A stretch of DNA of 64,000 bases from Oculina patagonica (taxonomy: Eukaryota), in the NCBI RefSeq assembly GCF_052425735.1, contig NC_135761.1, positions 54,932,001 to 54,996,000 on the forward strand, given 5' to 3'. The translations under genes were made by a program, and so were the position numbers. The notes below the pieces were generated by a model that was not told the DNA's origin, made no database searches, and saw only the letters and a program-made list of their open reading frames with translations. Shown here one piece after another: positions 27,201-36,948 of the stretch (the first letter of the stretch is position 1; each line of letters starts with the position of its first letter).

Positions 27201-30200
27201 CATACTTATTCTTTAAGCAATAGACCGCGCTTTCTAGGGCTTTACTGGCGTAATAAAACCACGCGGGATGTTGGGAGAACACGAGAAAAGCTTGTAAATC
27301 TCGAGCCGCAGAGTGATTTACAAGCTTTTCGAGTGTTCTCCCAACATCCAAAGTGGTTTTATTACGCCAGTAAAGCCCTAGAAAGTGCGGTTTATTGCTT
27401 TTATGAAATTACTATAGAAAACTTTCGTCAAAGACATAGGAATCTATTTTATTTTTCGTGATCAAATGTCTTATTCTCAACAAGTTCATCGGATGACGCG
27501 GTAAACCAATCACAGCGGCTGAAAGAATAAAACACAGGTTCAGCTCCGCACACAAAACCCACGGATCGACGAGCAAAAACGTTCAAAAGTTGTCTTAAAG
27601 CTATAAAAGTCTTAAGAAAGGAAAGGAAAAATGCAAACTGACATAGTACGAAATGTATTCAACGATTCTTTGTTCTTTGACGTGGAAAACTAGCAAATTG
27701 TGGCCGGAGTCATTCATCGCGAAAGTGTGAGAGACTGCACGAAAACTTTGCAAGATTACAAACTTCGCAGACTGACGAAGGTATTGAGAATAAAGGTTAG
27801 TTTCACAAACTCTGCTTTAGAAATTTGTTATGATTTTATTTATTCCGTATTCTTTCGTTTTCGCCGAATAACAGACTTGGCAGAAAGCACTGAAAGCATA
27901 TAAAACTAAAATTATAATTCAAGCGCGAGGACTCAGCGTAAGTTTCTGCCATCAAAATAATTCAAGTAAGCTTTCATTGCGACCAATTTGATGCAGTTTT
28001 AATTCCTTTCAAATAACATTTCCGAGTAAATGTTGATTGGAACGATATCCATGTTTTTAATATTTTCCAGTCCGATAAAAGCCGACCTGTTTATAATGTT
28101 TCTTCTCATATGTTTTTCTCCGCGTTTTCGTTTTTTTTCTCTAGTTACTTCGCTCCATATGTGGCGAGTGGGAAAATTTGTTTTTGTGATCCACCCTCAG
28201 TAAATTTTCACATTGAGAACCATATTCTCCGTTTTAACAATCAGATAGACCAAAAGAAGATATTAAACTAACGTTAATTCTTCGTCCTTATGGCTTATGC
28301 GTAATCGAGCGCAGTGCGACCATGTCGGCACGGAAGCGGGAGTTTACCGGTACAATAGTACATAGGTTTTTTGAACAATTTGACCAATCAGAGCGCGCGT
28401 AGTATCTGAGTTATTTTATAAAATCCGATAAAGTTCTGAAAAGCATAGGAGTTCATCTTGTTAGATGTAAACAGGAAATTCCACAGCAAACTGGGGGAGC
28501 TGTATTACAAAGACATTTTAACTAAATTACGTAATTGCAAGAAGAGAAACAAATATTTGCCGGAATTTTTACTGAATCACAAATTATTATCTGTAGATGT
28601 GGTCAATAAAGTATAAAAAATTTGACGTAAGATGCGAAACAAAATTAAAAGTGAGCTGGACTGCGAAGACGATATGGACATGCCCAAAGAATTTAATATA
28701 AACACGAACAATTAAAATTGATCACTTTATCTTTGTACTAAGTTGCATGATTCATAAACAACGGAGAACAACATACCGGGAGATGGAGACACACTGCTGG
28801 ATGAAAACACGCTGAAACTGCTGCTGCTTGAGCTTGAAGGAACACTGAAACTGCTGCTGCTTGAGCTTGAAGGTAAACTGTAACTGCTGCTGCTTGAGCT
28901 TGAAGGAACACTGAAACTGCTGCTGCTGCTTGAGCTTGAAGTCAGACTGAAACTGCTGCTGCTTGAGCTTGAAGGCAAACTGTTACTGCTGCTGCTGCTT
29001 GAGCTTGAAGGTAGACTAAAACTGCTGCTGCTTGAACTTGAAGACACACTGAAACTGCTGCTGCTTGAGCTTGAAGACACACTGTAACTGCTGCTGCTTA
29101 AGCTTGAAGATAGACTGAAACTGCTGCTGCTTGAGCTTGAAGGTAGACTGAAACTGCTGCTGCTTGAGCTTGGAGACAAACTGAAACTGCTGCTGCTTGA
29201 GCTTGAAGGCAAACTGTAACTGCTGCTGCTTGAGCTTGAAGGAACACTGAAACTGTTGCTGCTTGAGCTTGAAGACACACTGAAGCTGCTGCTGCTTGAG
29301 CTTGAAGATACACTGAAACTGCTGCTGCTTGAGCTTGGAGACAAACCGAAACTGCTGCTGCTTGAGCTTGAAGTCAAACTGAAACTGCTACTAATTGAGC
29401 TTGAAGGAAGACTGAAACTGCTGCTGCTTGAGCTTGGAGACAAACTGAAACTGCTGCTGCTTGAGCTTGAAGGTACACTGAAACTGCTGCTGCTTGAGCT
29501 CGAAGGCAAACTGTAACTGCTAATGCTTGAGCTTGAAGGCAAACTATAACTGCTGCTGTTTGAGCTTGAAGACAAACTGTAACTGCTGCTGCCTGAGCTT
29601 GAAGGTGAAATGAAACTGCCGCTGCTTGAGCTTGAAGGAACACTGTAACTGCTAATGCTTGAGCTTGAAGGCAAACTGTAACTGCTAATGCTTGAGCTTG
29701 AAGGCAAACTATAACTGCTGCTGCTTGAGCTTGAAGGCAAACTGGAACTGCTGCTGCTTGAGCTTGAAGGTGAACTGAAACTGCCGCTGCTTGAGCTTGA
29801 AGGAACACTGTAACTGCTAATGCTTGAGCTTGAAGGTAAACTGTAACTGCTGCTGCTTGTACTTGGACACACACATAAACTGCTACTGCTTGAGCTTGAA
29901 GGCAAATTATAACTGCTGCTGCTTGAGCTTGAAGGCAAACTGTAACTGCTGCTGCTTGAGCTTGAAGGTAAACTGTAACTGCTGCTGCTTGAGCTTGAAG
30001 GCAAATTATAACTGCTGCTGCTTGAGCTTGAAGGTAAACTGTAACTGCTGCTGCTTGAGCTTGAAGGTAAACTGAAACTGCTGCTGCTTGAACTTGAAGG
30101 CAAACTGAAACTGCTGCTGCTTGTACTTGGACACACACATAAACCGCTACTGCTTGAGCTTGAAGGTAAACTGTAACTGCTGCTGCTTGAGCTTGAAAGC

Positions 30201-33200
30201 AAACTGTAACTGCTGCTGCTTGAACTTGAAGGCAAACTGTAACTGCTGCTGCTTGAGCTTGAAGGCAAACTGAAACTGCTGCTGCTTGAACTTGGACACA
30301 CACATAAACTGCTACTGCTTGAGCTTGAAGAAAAACTGAAACTGCGGCTGCTTGAACTTGAAGGCAGACTGAAACTGCTACTGCTTGAACTTGGACACAC
30401 ACATAAATTGTTGCTGCTTGAAGTTGGAGAAACACTGAAACTGCTGCTGCTCGAAGTTGGGGACACACTGAAACTGCTACTGCTTGAGCTTGGACACACA
30501 CATAAACTGCTGCTGCTTGAACTTGAAGGCAGACTGAAACTGCTACTGCTTGAACTTGGACACACACATAAACTGCTGCTGCTTGAAGTTGGAGACACAC
30601 TAAAACTGCTGCTGCTTGAACTTGAAGGTAAACTGAAACTGCTACTGCTTGAGCTTAAAGGCAGACTGAAACTGCTACTGCTTGAGCTCGGACAGACACA
30701 TAAACTGCTGCTGCTCGAAGTTGGGGACACACTGAAACTGCCGCTGCTTGAACTTGACGACACACTGTAACTACTACTGCTTGAACTTGGAGACACACTG
30801 AAACTGCTACTGCTTGAACTTGGACACACACATAAGCTGCTGCTGATTGAGCTTGGAGACACACTAAAACTGCTGCTGCTCGAAGTTGGGGACACACTAT
30901 AACTGCTGCTGCTTGAACTTGTAGGCACACTGTAACTGCTACTGCTTGAACTTGGACACAGACATAAACTGCTTCTGCTTGAACTTTGGAACACACTGAA
31001 ACTACTGCTGCTTGAGCTTGAAGACAAACTGAAACTGCTGCTGCTTGAACTTGGTGACAAACTGAAACTGCTACTGCTTGAACTTGGACACACACATAAA
31101 CTGCTACTGGGTGAACTTGCAGACACACTGAAACTGCTGCTGCTTGAGCTTGAAGACCAACTGTAACTGCTACTGCTTGATCTTGAGGAATGACTGAAAC
31201 TGCTACTGCTTGAAGTTGGAGACACACTGGAACTGCTACTGCTTGAGCTTGGAGACCAACTGTAACTGCTACTGCTTGAACTTGAGGAGTGACTGAAACT
31301 GCTACTGCTTAAACTTGTAGACGGACTGAAACTGCTACTGCTTGAAGTTGGAGACACACTGGAACTGCTACTGCTTGAGCTTGGAGACCAACTGTAACTG
31401 CTACTGCTTGAACTTGAGGAGTGACTGAAACTGCTACTGCTTAAACTTGTAGACGGACTGAAACTGCTACTGCTTGAAGTTGGAGACACACTGGAACTGC
31501 TACTGCTTGAGCTTGGAGACCAACTGTAACTGCTACTGCTTGAACTTGAGGAGTGACTGAAACTGCTACTGCTTAAACTTGTAGACGGACTGAAACTGCT
31601 ACTGCTTGAAGTTGGAGACACACTGAAACTGCTACTGCTTGAACTTGGACACAAACATAAACTGCTACTGCTTGTGCTGGAAGACAAACTGAAACTGCTG
31701 CTGCTTGAACTTGGAGATAAACTTAAACTGCTGCTGCTGCTGCTTGAACTTGGACACACACATAAACTGCTGCACTGTAGAGCTGTGGAGCAAAGGTTTC
31801 TCTCCAGTTATACATTGACCGAAAACTTGACTGCTATGCTAGTTGTTTTTCATTTCTGGTATTTCGGGGTACGACTTTAAATTTGAATGGGTTGCTGTAG
31901 TGTTTTAGTTTGTTATTAACAACGCCCAGAGAGCGTTTAAGATTGTCGTGGTCTAAAGCGATAATTTTACACATCCCCTTTACAAGGACTACGCGTACCG
32001 TGACTTGCCCTCCATCTGGTTGTAGTTTATGCAGTCCCATGTAAACTGACCCCAAATGTTTCCACGCACAACTCAGGGTAACTTAGACATTGTTTAAACA
32101 ATCGGCCTCATAAATTCTGTGTCCATGTATTTCGTTTTTAATTCGTATTTTGATTGCAATAAAATCATTTTTGAACATTTTAATCCGATTGATAAACAGC
32201 AACTATTTGGAAGTTCGAGTTAAATATATAAATTCTGGCTGCTTACATTCGTCAAGTGCTCTCGTCAGCTGAGGGGCAATCGAGAAAAGTGACTAAAACA
32301 TTGTCTTTGAAAAGCAGTCAAGTCATAAAAATAATTCTAAATGCTGTCAATGTCGAGTAAATGACAAAAAAAAAACAATAACAAGCCAATGATTCGCCTC
32401 TCCAGTTGATCAACCCAGATAACTAATTAGATAACTAATTTAATCCATCAGACTCGTATTCTTTGTTTCACTACCTTTTGTACTACTAATGTTAAACGAA
32501 CAAATAAAAGGGAAGCACGGAAATGAGAAAAAACAAAATCTTTGTCGCTGACAGACCGAAGGCATCACGCCTGTGATGATCAACGAGCCGACAGTCGCAC
32601 CGAGTGACCCACCGAGCAAATTGGAATCCACAATCGATTGAAAATAACCGCCGAAAAGACGAAAGCACGGGTGAGAAGGGAGCGCGTGGCGCGCGCGGAC
32701 GAACAAACCGACAAACGGGCCCCAAACGCAAAGACGCAAATGTGCAAGAACGAAGTGTGAAAAGCAAAATGGTGAGTGGAGGGCCACGCCCCAGCGCGAC
32801 GAGGGACGGCACCCCGGGGGAGCCAAGATCCAGGGACGGACGGGGGGCCAAATTGGGGGAACCAAGATCACTGCGACACCGCATTCTTAATATAAACACG
32901 CTATGGCCATACGTATTCTTACAACAGTTACGGTGGTTAGCGTGGATAAATAATCAATTTTTCCTTTGTATTTTGGTGACAGTAGGGAAACTCCTTTGCG
33001 AACGTATATTATTCGATTCATTCAAGAAACAAATTGAAATTTGCCTCAAATAAAGTTTGGTTGTTTACATCAGTGCATTGCGAGCATTTGTGAACATTTC
33101 AACGAGTTATATTAGGCTTGACTAATAAACTGACAATCAATTTTGAGTCTGTTTTCTTGATCTTTTTTTAAATACTGAGCAGATTTTAGAATGTTGCGTT

Positions 33201-34254
33201 GTCTATGAACAGGTCCATTTAATTCGGCCTATTGAAGTTGTTTCGACTTATATAACAAGAGCTGCCATTCGTGTGAACCGTTAGTCTTGCCACAATATGC
33301 ATGGTTCAAGTAATTAGCTGGTTATTGTTTTCTTCTTTATTTTTTAATTAATCCATTTTCACTGCGCAATATATAATCCACCCATACCCTTTCTTTTGGT
33401 AGACCTTTGGAAAGTAATGAAATATTCAGTGCAAGGTTGCAATGTGTTAAACATGCTTACAGGATTACTAATTACTTATCGGTCGACATAATACTTATGA
33501 TGTTTATCAAAGAACTGCGTTGTTGTGAATCGCTTCTTTGTGACGTTATGTGCCTTAAGAAAAATACTGTGGTAGCCGGTAGTCTTTATAGCAACAGTCA
33601 GTGTTAATCAGGAATCAACAACCTATTCCAACTTGAAGCGGGTAATGAGCGGTTTTTATTTTCTACGCCATATAAGATTAATTACATTGTTAGCAACAAG
33701 CGGCACGCCAATCATTAGGAGATCAGTTGCACAAATACATGTTCACTGCCATTCGTGAGATTTCGTTAAAGCGATTTCTGTTAAGCATTACTCTAGCAAC
33801 ATACTAAACGAATGTAGAGTTGATATGGTGAGTTATAACCGCCATAACATGAAATGTCTCTTATTCTTATAAGACCAATCATAACCAAAGCGGTAAATAG
33901 AACGTTAGAATAGCTGCTCTTGCATAAATAGATGAAAGCACTACCAAGTCTCAAAGTCACTGCCTAAGCTCATATATAAATCGGTTTTTAACAAATTATG
34001 TAACAATTAAGAAATCAAACATTGATGTCAAACGCGACATACCGCAGTTCGTATTTTTGTTTTAACATCACAAATTGTTAGCAGTGTTTATCTCGAACTT
34101 TCTATTTCGTGAAAAATGCTGTGACACAATGCCATATATATGACCATGGTTGAAAAACAAAAATGCTTAAAGAAGGAAAATATCGCTTACCTTGGAAGAA
34201 ACTAGCGAGTAGAAGCACAAACCAAGCTGTGCCAATATTGTTGTGGAGGGACAT
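156..34254 (-). CDS. MUC4-like / mucin-like protein (signal peptide, Ser-rich mucin region, NIDO, AMOP, VWD, EGF repeats), multi-exon, 3' end outside the window
   Basis: Manually joined GT-AG exons with consistent phases: a 64-nt leader (e.g. 34191-34254 or 18621-18684), [28777-31782], 16488-16652, 15785-16036, 14140-15483, 13162-13191, 13033-13056, 12175-12335, 11355-11729, 10632-10732, 10038-10130, 8460-9040, 7941-8162, 7188-7526, 6506-6760, 5829-6022, 4266-4602, 3528-3659, 2801-2923, 2203-2325, 1872-2000, 954-1082, 156-265. In-window length is 1761 codons without, or 2763 with, the large exon. Motifs: IAPFW and NTFQAVIITDG (NIDO), QECCY..GSL..GPPDGG (AMOP), WGDPH and GLLGTWNDDPDDDF (VWD), DIDEC (Ca-binding EGF). 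Confidence 0.9.
954..3659 (-). CDS. Five phase-1 EGF-domain exons (3528-3659, 2801-2923, 2203-2325, 1872-2000, 954-1082)
   Basis: Each is 123-132 nt with six-Cys EGF spacing; four begin D(I/V)(D/N)EC; canonical splice sites. Confidence 0.9.
1272..1798. mobile_element. Tc1/mariner-type MITE
   Basis: TIR CAGTCGAAGCTCTC...GAGAGCTTCGACTG flanked by TA; internal CGTAAGCGG subrepeats. Confidence 0.85.
3926..4200 (+). mobile_element. tRNA-derived SINE
   Basis: A box TGGCCGAGTGG, B-box-like GGTTCAAGAC, non-tRNA body, AT-rich (TTTTTA)n tail. Confidence 0.75.
4266..4602 (-). CDS. Exon encoding the end of a cadherin-like/beta segment and two EGF-like modules
   Basis: FVATDDKGASA..CACDHGGQC..CACQGGYTGRFCDSDIDAC..CGPCPSGYTGNGAQC; cag|TTC acceptor and G|GTGAG donor. 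Confidence 0.9.
5829..8162 (-). CDS. VWD domain and following exons (7941-8162, 7188-7526, 6506-6760, 5829-6022)
   Basis: WFWGDPHIKTLDNGNYTFNGLGEY; KGLLGTWNDDPDDDF; CGDDHECLFD; NFPPKI. Confidence 0.9.
8460..9040 (-). CDS. End of NIDO plus AMOP domain exon
   Basis: ACPCTMWQAWLDWGRF, QECCYST, YKYCC, YRPSDDCSRYIPP; canonical splice sites. Confidence 0.9.
9141..9355 (+). mobile_element. Solo LTR
   Basis: TGTAG...CTACA ends, 4-bp TSD TATG on both sides, internal TATAA and ATTAAA. Confidence 0.75.
10038..12335 (-). CDS. NIDO-region exons (12175-12335, 11355-11729, 10632-10732, 10038-10130)
   Basis: MYPYG..GFPFF..LY|ICRNGLI..IAPFWATTD..WVLVVTW..|SNTFQAVIITDG..AGWNAGD. Confidence 0.9.
11047..11336. 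repeat. Interspersed repeat; further copies at about 40297-40565 and 46890-47178
   Basis: Shared GTGTTTCATC..GAGTTGAAAAT..GATGAAACACTGTCTC..ATGAGTTTGAGAA. Confidence 0.8.
12613..12844. mobile_element. MITE, PIF/Harbinger-like
   Basis: TIR AGCCTGGTTTTCACTAGCG...CGCTAGTGAAAACCAGGCT. Confidence 0.8.
13033..13191 (-). CDS. Two phase-1 microexons (30 nt at 13162-13191; 24 nt at 13033-13056), Thr/Pro linker
   Basis: ccttag|CT..GCG G|GTAAG and ttttcag|TT..ACG A|GTGAG; both lengths are multiples of 3. Confidence 0.65.
13335..13968. repeat. Pentanucleotide microsatellites (GCCAT)n, (GGGCT)n, (AGGCT)n spanning two N gaps
   Basis: Directly visible. Confidence 0.95.
14140..15483 (-). CDS. Ser/Thr-rich mucin exon with about 11 tandem 28-aa (84-bp) repeats
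   Basis: Unit such as SSASSQVASESNFFSQTQSSTPSSTTTS; tttcag|CG acceptor, A|GTAAG donor; 1344 nt, phase 1-1. Confidence 0.88.
15785..16036 (-). CDS. Ser-rich exon with MCVCPC and VCYCLC Cys clusters
   Basis: ttctag|CA acceptor, T|GTAAG donor; 252 nt, phase 1-1. Confidence 0.85.
16488..16652 (-). CDS. Ser-rich exon with MCICPC and VCYCPC Cys clusters (paralog of 15785-16036)
   Basis: ttttcag|CA acceptor, T|GTAAG donor; 165 nt, phase 1-1. Confidence 0.85.
17995..18172 (+). mobile_element. Non-LTR retrotransposon ORF2 fragment (Tx1/L1-like)
   Basis: FYQDWVDKGALTLQDVIDNNGRYLPFEQFKQRYGIQCNFLQYFQVIS resembles the region C-terminal to the RT domain. Confidence 0.6.
18621..18684 (-). CDS. Signal-peptide first exon, copy 1 (MSLNNSMWTVYFVFLLLGFVQ)
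   Basis: ATG...CAG G|GTAAG, 64 nt, hydrophobic core. Confidence 0.8.
22629..22692 (-). CDS. Signal-peptide first exon, copy 2 (MSLYNSMWTVYFVFLLLGFVQ)
   Basis: ATG...CAG G|GTAAG, 64 nt. Confidence 0.75.
25059..25122 (-). CDS. Signal-peptide first exon, copy 3 (MSFYSIMRAVYFVFLLPVFIQ)
   Basis: ATG...CAG G|GTAAG, 64 nt. Confidence 0.7.
26310..26370 (-). pseudogene. Signal-peptide exon, copy 4 (MSLDIKRAVGVVFLLLVFFQ), donor mutated
   Basis: 61 nt, homologous to the other copies, but ends CAG G|ATAAGT (GT to AT); read-through hits TAA two codons later. Confidence 0.6.
27210..28422. mobile_element. Interspersed element with a terminal hairpin of about 185 bp (27217-27400)
   Basis: GCAATAGACCGCGCTTTCTAGGGCTTTACTGGCG inverted to CGCCAGTAAAGCCCTAGAAAGTGCGGTTTATTGC; right boundary approximate. 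Confidence 0.55.
28777..31782 (-). CDS. Large 1002-codon poly-Ser exon built from 33-bp (11-aa) repeats with 12 LC(V/L)CP motifs
   Basis: Uninterrupted ORF; ccacag|CT CTA CAG TGC acceptor, CCC G|GTATGT donor; 3006 nt, phase 1-1. Confidence 0.85.
34191..34254 (-). CDS. Signal-peptide first exon, copy 5 (MSLHNNIGTAWFVLLLASFFQ)
   Basis: ATG...CAA G|GTAAG, 64 nt; nearest leader upstream of the large exon. Confidence 0.8.
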
Positions 34255-35318
34255 TACTTCTTCATATGTTGTTTTTTGGGGGTGTTTTTTTTTTTTGGTG
34301 CTTCGCGATTTGCATTTATCAGTCTCGCATGAAATACATCCCAGTGGCGGTTTGCATTGGCTACCTCGTTTACTCTAAGTGGCAGTTAAGAATAACGGTA
34401 GTCCCAAATAAAGCGGATTTGTCGACTTAGCTAGTATCTCTTTTTAATCAATACCACAAACTTAGAAAGATCTTTCATTGGTTTATTTGTCTTTCAGTGA
34501 AAGTTTTTATTTGAAATGTTTAAAAATTGTTATTCATGAGTTCATTGTTTGAGAGCGGACGACGTCTCAATTTCGCTTTCCAAGAAAATAACCTTTGCCC
34601 TGATCTATTCATCTCAGTGACGGCAATTTGATTTATACGGCAACTAATTTGTTTTAGTTCATTACCTGAAAGCAAGATCTTGAAGTGCGTTTGATTGATA
34701 ACTTGAATATCTCGCTAAAACATGAATATTACCCGAATTTGGAGTTTCCTTTGAATGGCTTTCTGTTTGTAACTTTACTTTGATTACCGTAAAATTTCGA
34801 TAATAAACGTTTATGTATATTATATACGTACTGAGATTGTCATTGAAGTCATTGAACGCCCCATTTAATGAACAATTCAGTCGAAGATATTTTCGAAGTT
34901 ATTTTCGTAAACAGCGTAAAGCAGTTCACAGTCTTCATCAGTCAACGGCGCGTCCAGCAGCTTTGTATTTGCTTCCACGGTCTTCTTTTTTCGGTTCTTT
35001 TTGTTTTGATTGTTCGAGTCAACTGAAGTGGATAACCTGCAAGATAACAGTTTCACGTCCGCTTTGCTTTTAACTTGTGCGTTTTCCTGACTTTCGACGT
35101 ATTCTTTTGCGGAAGAAACGTGGGCTTTTCACTTTTGTTTTTTCTTAGGAATACCGAAAAAGTTTTAACGTAAACGTTGGAATTATAATAGTAAAAAAAA
35201 CCTTTTTAGCGCTACGCAAGAAATGGCCTTTGTGAGAAACGCCGCCAATCAACCTTGAATGAAAACTTCAACTTGAAACGTCTCACACGTCAAAAACATG
35301 ATACGCGGCTTCTAACTG

Positions 35319-36948
35319 GGGTCTCTGTAAAGAGCGGACCGGATGGCGGCGGATGGCGGATGGCGGATGGCGGATGACAAAAGGCGGATGAGAAAAGGCG
35401 GATGGGAAAAGGCGGATAAATTATTTTTTATCAATTTTTTTTTATTAAATCAATAACTAATAAATAAATTAATAAATAAAAGAAGTAAATATTAGAATAT
35501 TCAGTCTAGGAGATAGTAATTTTAAATGCACGGCTAGTACGACGACACTTGTATTGGACAATTTATTTGGCCGATATTTCGATTAGTCAACTAGTCTTCT
35601 ACAGGGCCAGAGCTGGAGTGTAGAAGACTAGCTGACTACAGTATGGGGCCCAGTTCTCGGCCACTTCAGACGTATTTCTTTCCTCAGAACAACCAAAGAA
35701 ACTTGAAATTTCTCCCAGAGCTAGCTTCATCATTCAGCTTTTTGCTGTAAAGCTATCGACCGGTCAAAAATTAATTTGCCAGAGCAATAATAAAAATAAA
35801 AGCTCCATTTGTGGGCCCAGTTCTCGGCCACCTTGGCCCAGTTCTCGGCCACTAAAAAGCTTGTGCGTAATTATCTGTAAAAAAATGCTCAATTAATTTT
35901 CACAGTCATAAAATCACTCTGTAAACTTATTTATGTTATATCGATCCCAAATTATTTTTATGAGGCTTTGTTTTACTTTAGAAAAGAAGGTTTTCAACGC
36001 GCCTAGTTGCCTATGTGCAGGTTCTGGCAAAACCGCATTGTGTGACCAATGCATTTAGATGGTTTATTTTGCAGTGAAAAGGTCTTGAAAGAGTTAGGTG
36101 TTGTAGAAATAATAGACAAAACAAGAGTCAGCTCAAAACTTAGAGATAAGATTGAACTTTTTTAAAAAAAAACATTTCTTTCTTTCATTCTGGCAGCAGC
36201 AGATGAAATTATATTAAAAACCAAGCGATAAGCTGTGATAGCGAGCAGGGTGGCCGAGAACTGGCAAATACGCAAACGTCGCAAGAAAAAATTTCGAAGT
36301 AAATTAAGACCAAAAACTACAACGGTTCAACGAAAAGTTAACTCAAGCAGAAAGCTGAATTATTCTACGTTTCACATGCCAATAATTAGCTCGTTTGCTG
36401 GGGGCTTTCGGATGAAATACGAATTTAATTACATCCGTGAATTTTAAGGAGCCGTAAACAAACAATTTTTTCGGGAAAACAAATTCACCTACCTCCGCGT
36501 AAACTCGACGTGTGAGCTTTCTATATCGAGTTGAACGATCAAACTCAAGATACTTAAAGCACATGAATCAATCTATCATTTGCAGGAAATAACTTTTTTT
36601 TTAATTCAACTGGAGCGTGAAAAAACGCGTTAAACACAAAGTGGCCGAGAACTGGACCCGGCCGAGAACTTGGGGCCATACTGTAGTCGAAATATCGGCC
36701 AAATAAAGTGTCCAATACAAGTGTCGTCGTACTAGCCGTGCATTTAAAATTACTATCTCCTAGACTGAATATGCTAATATTTACTTATTTTATTTATTAA
36801 TTTATTTATTAGTTATTGATTTAATAAAAAAAATTGATAAAAAATAATTTATCCGCCTTTTCTCATCCGCCTTTTTTCATCCGCCTTTTTCATCCGCCAT
36901 CCGCCATCCGCCATCCGCCGCCATTTGGTCCTCTCTTTACAGAGACCC
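35319..36948. mobile_element. Foldback (Mutator-like) element with 9-bp TSD
   Basis: GGGTCTCTGTAAAGAG...CTCTTTACAGAGACCC; TSD TTCTAACTG at 35310-35318 and 36949-36957; arms of about 270 bp. Confidence 0.9.
35639..36683. mobile_element. Tc1/mariner-type non-autonomous element nested in the foldback
   Basis: CAGTATGG..GTTCTCGGCC and GGCCGAGAAC..CCATACTG termini, TA on both sides. Confidence 0.85.

Noticed and set aside
29098-31880. Long alternative-frame ORFs (QAQAAAVSVCL.. and LKLLLLELEG..) overlapping the poly-Ser exon
   Set aside because: Expected by-products of a 33-bp repeat; they are broken by stops, and only the Ser frame is continuous and matches the splice phases.
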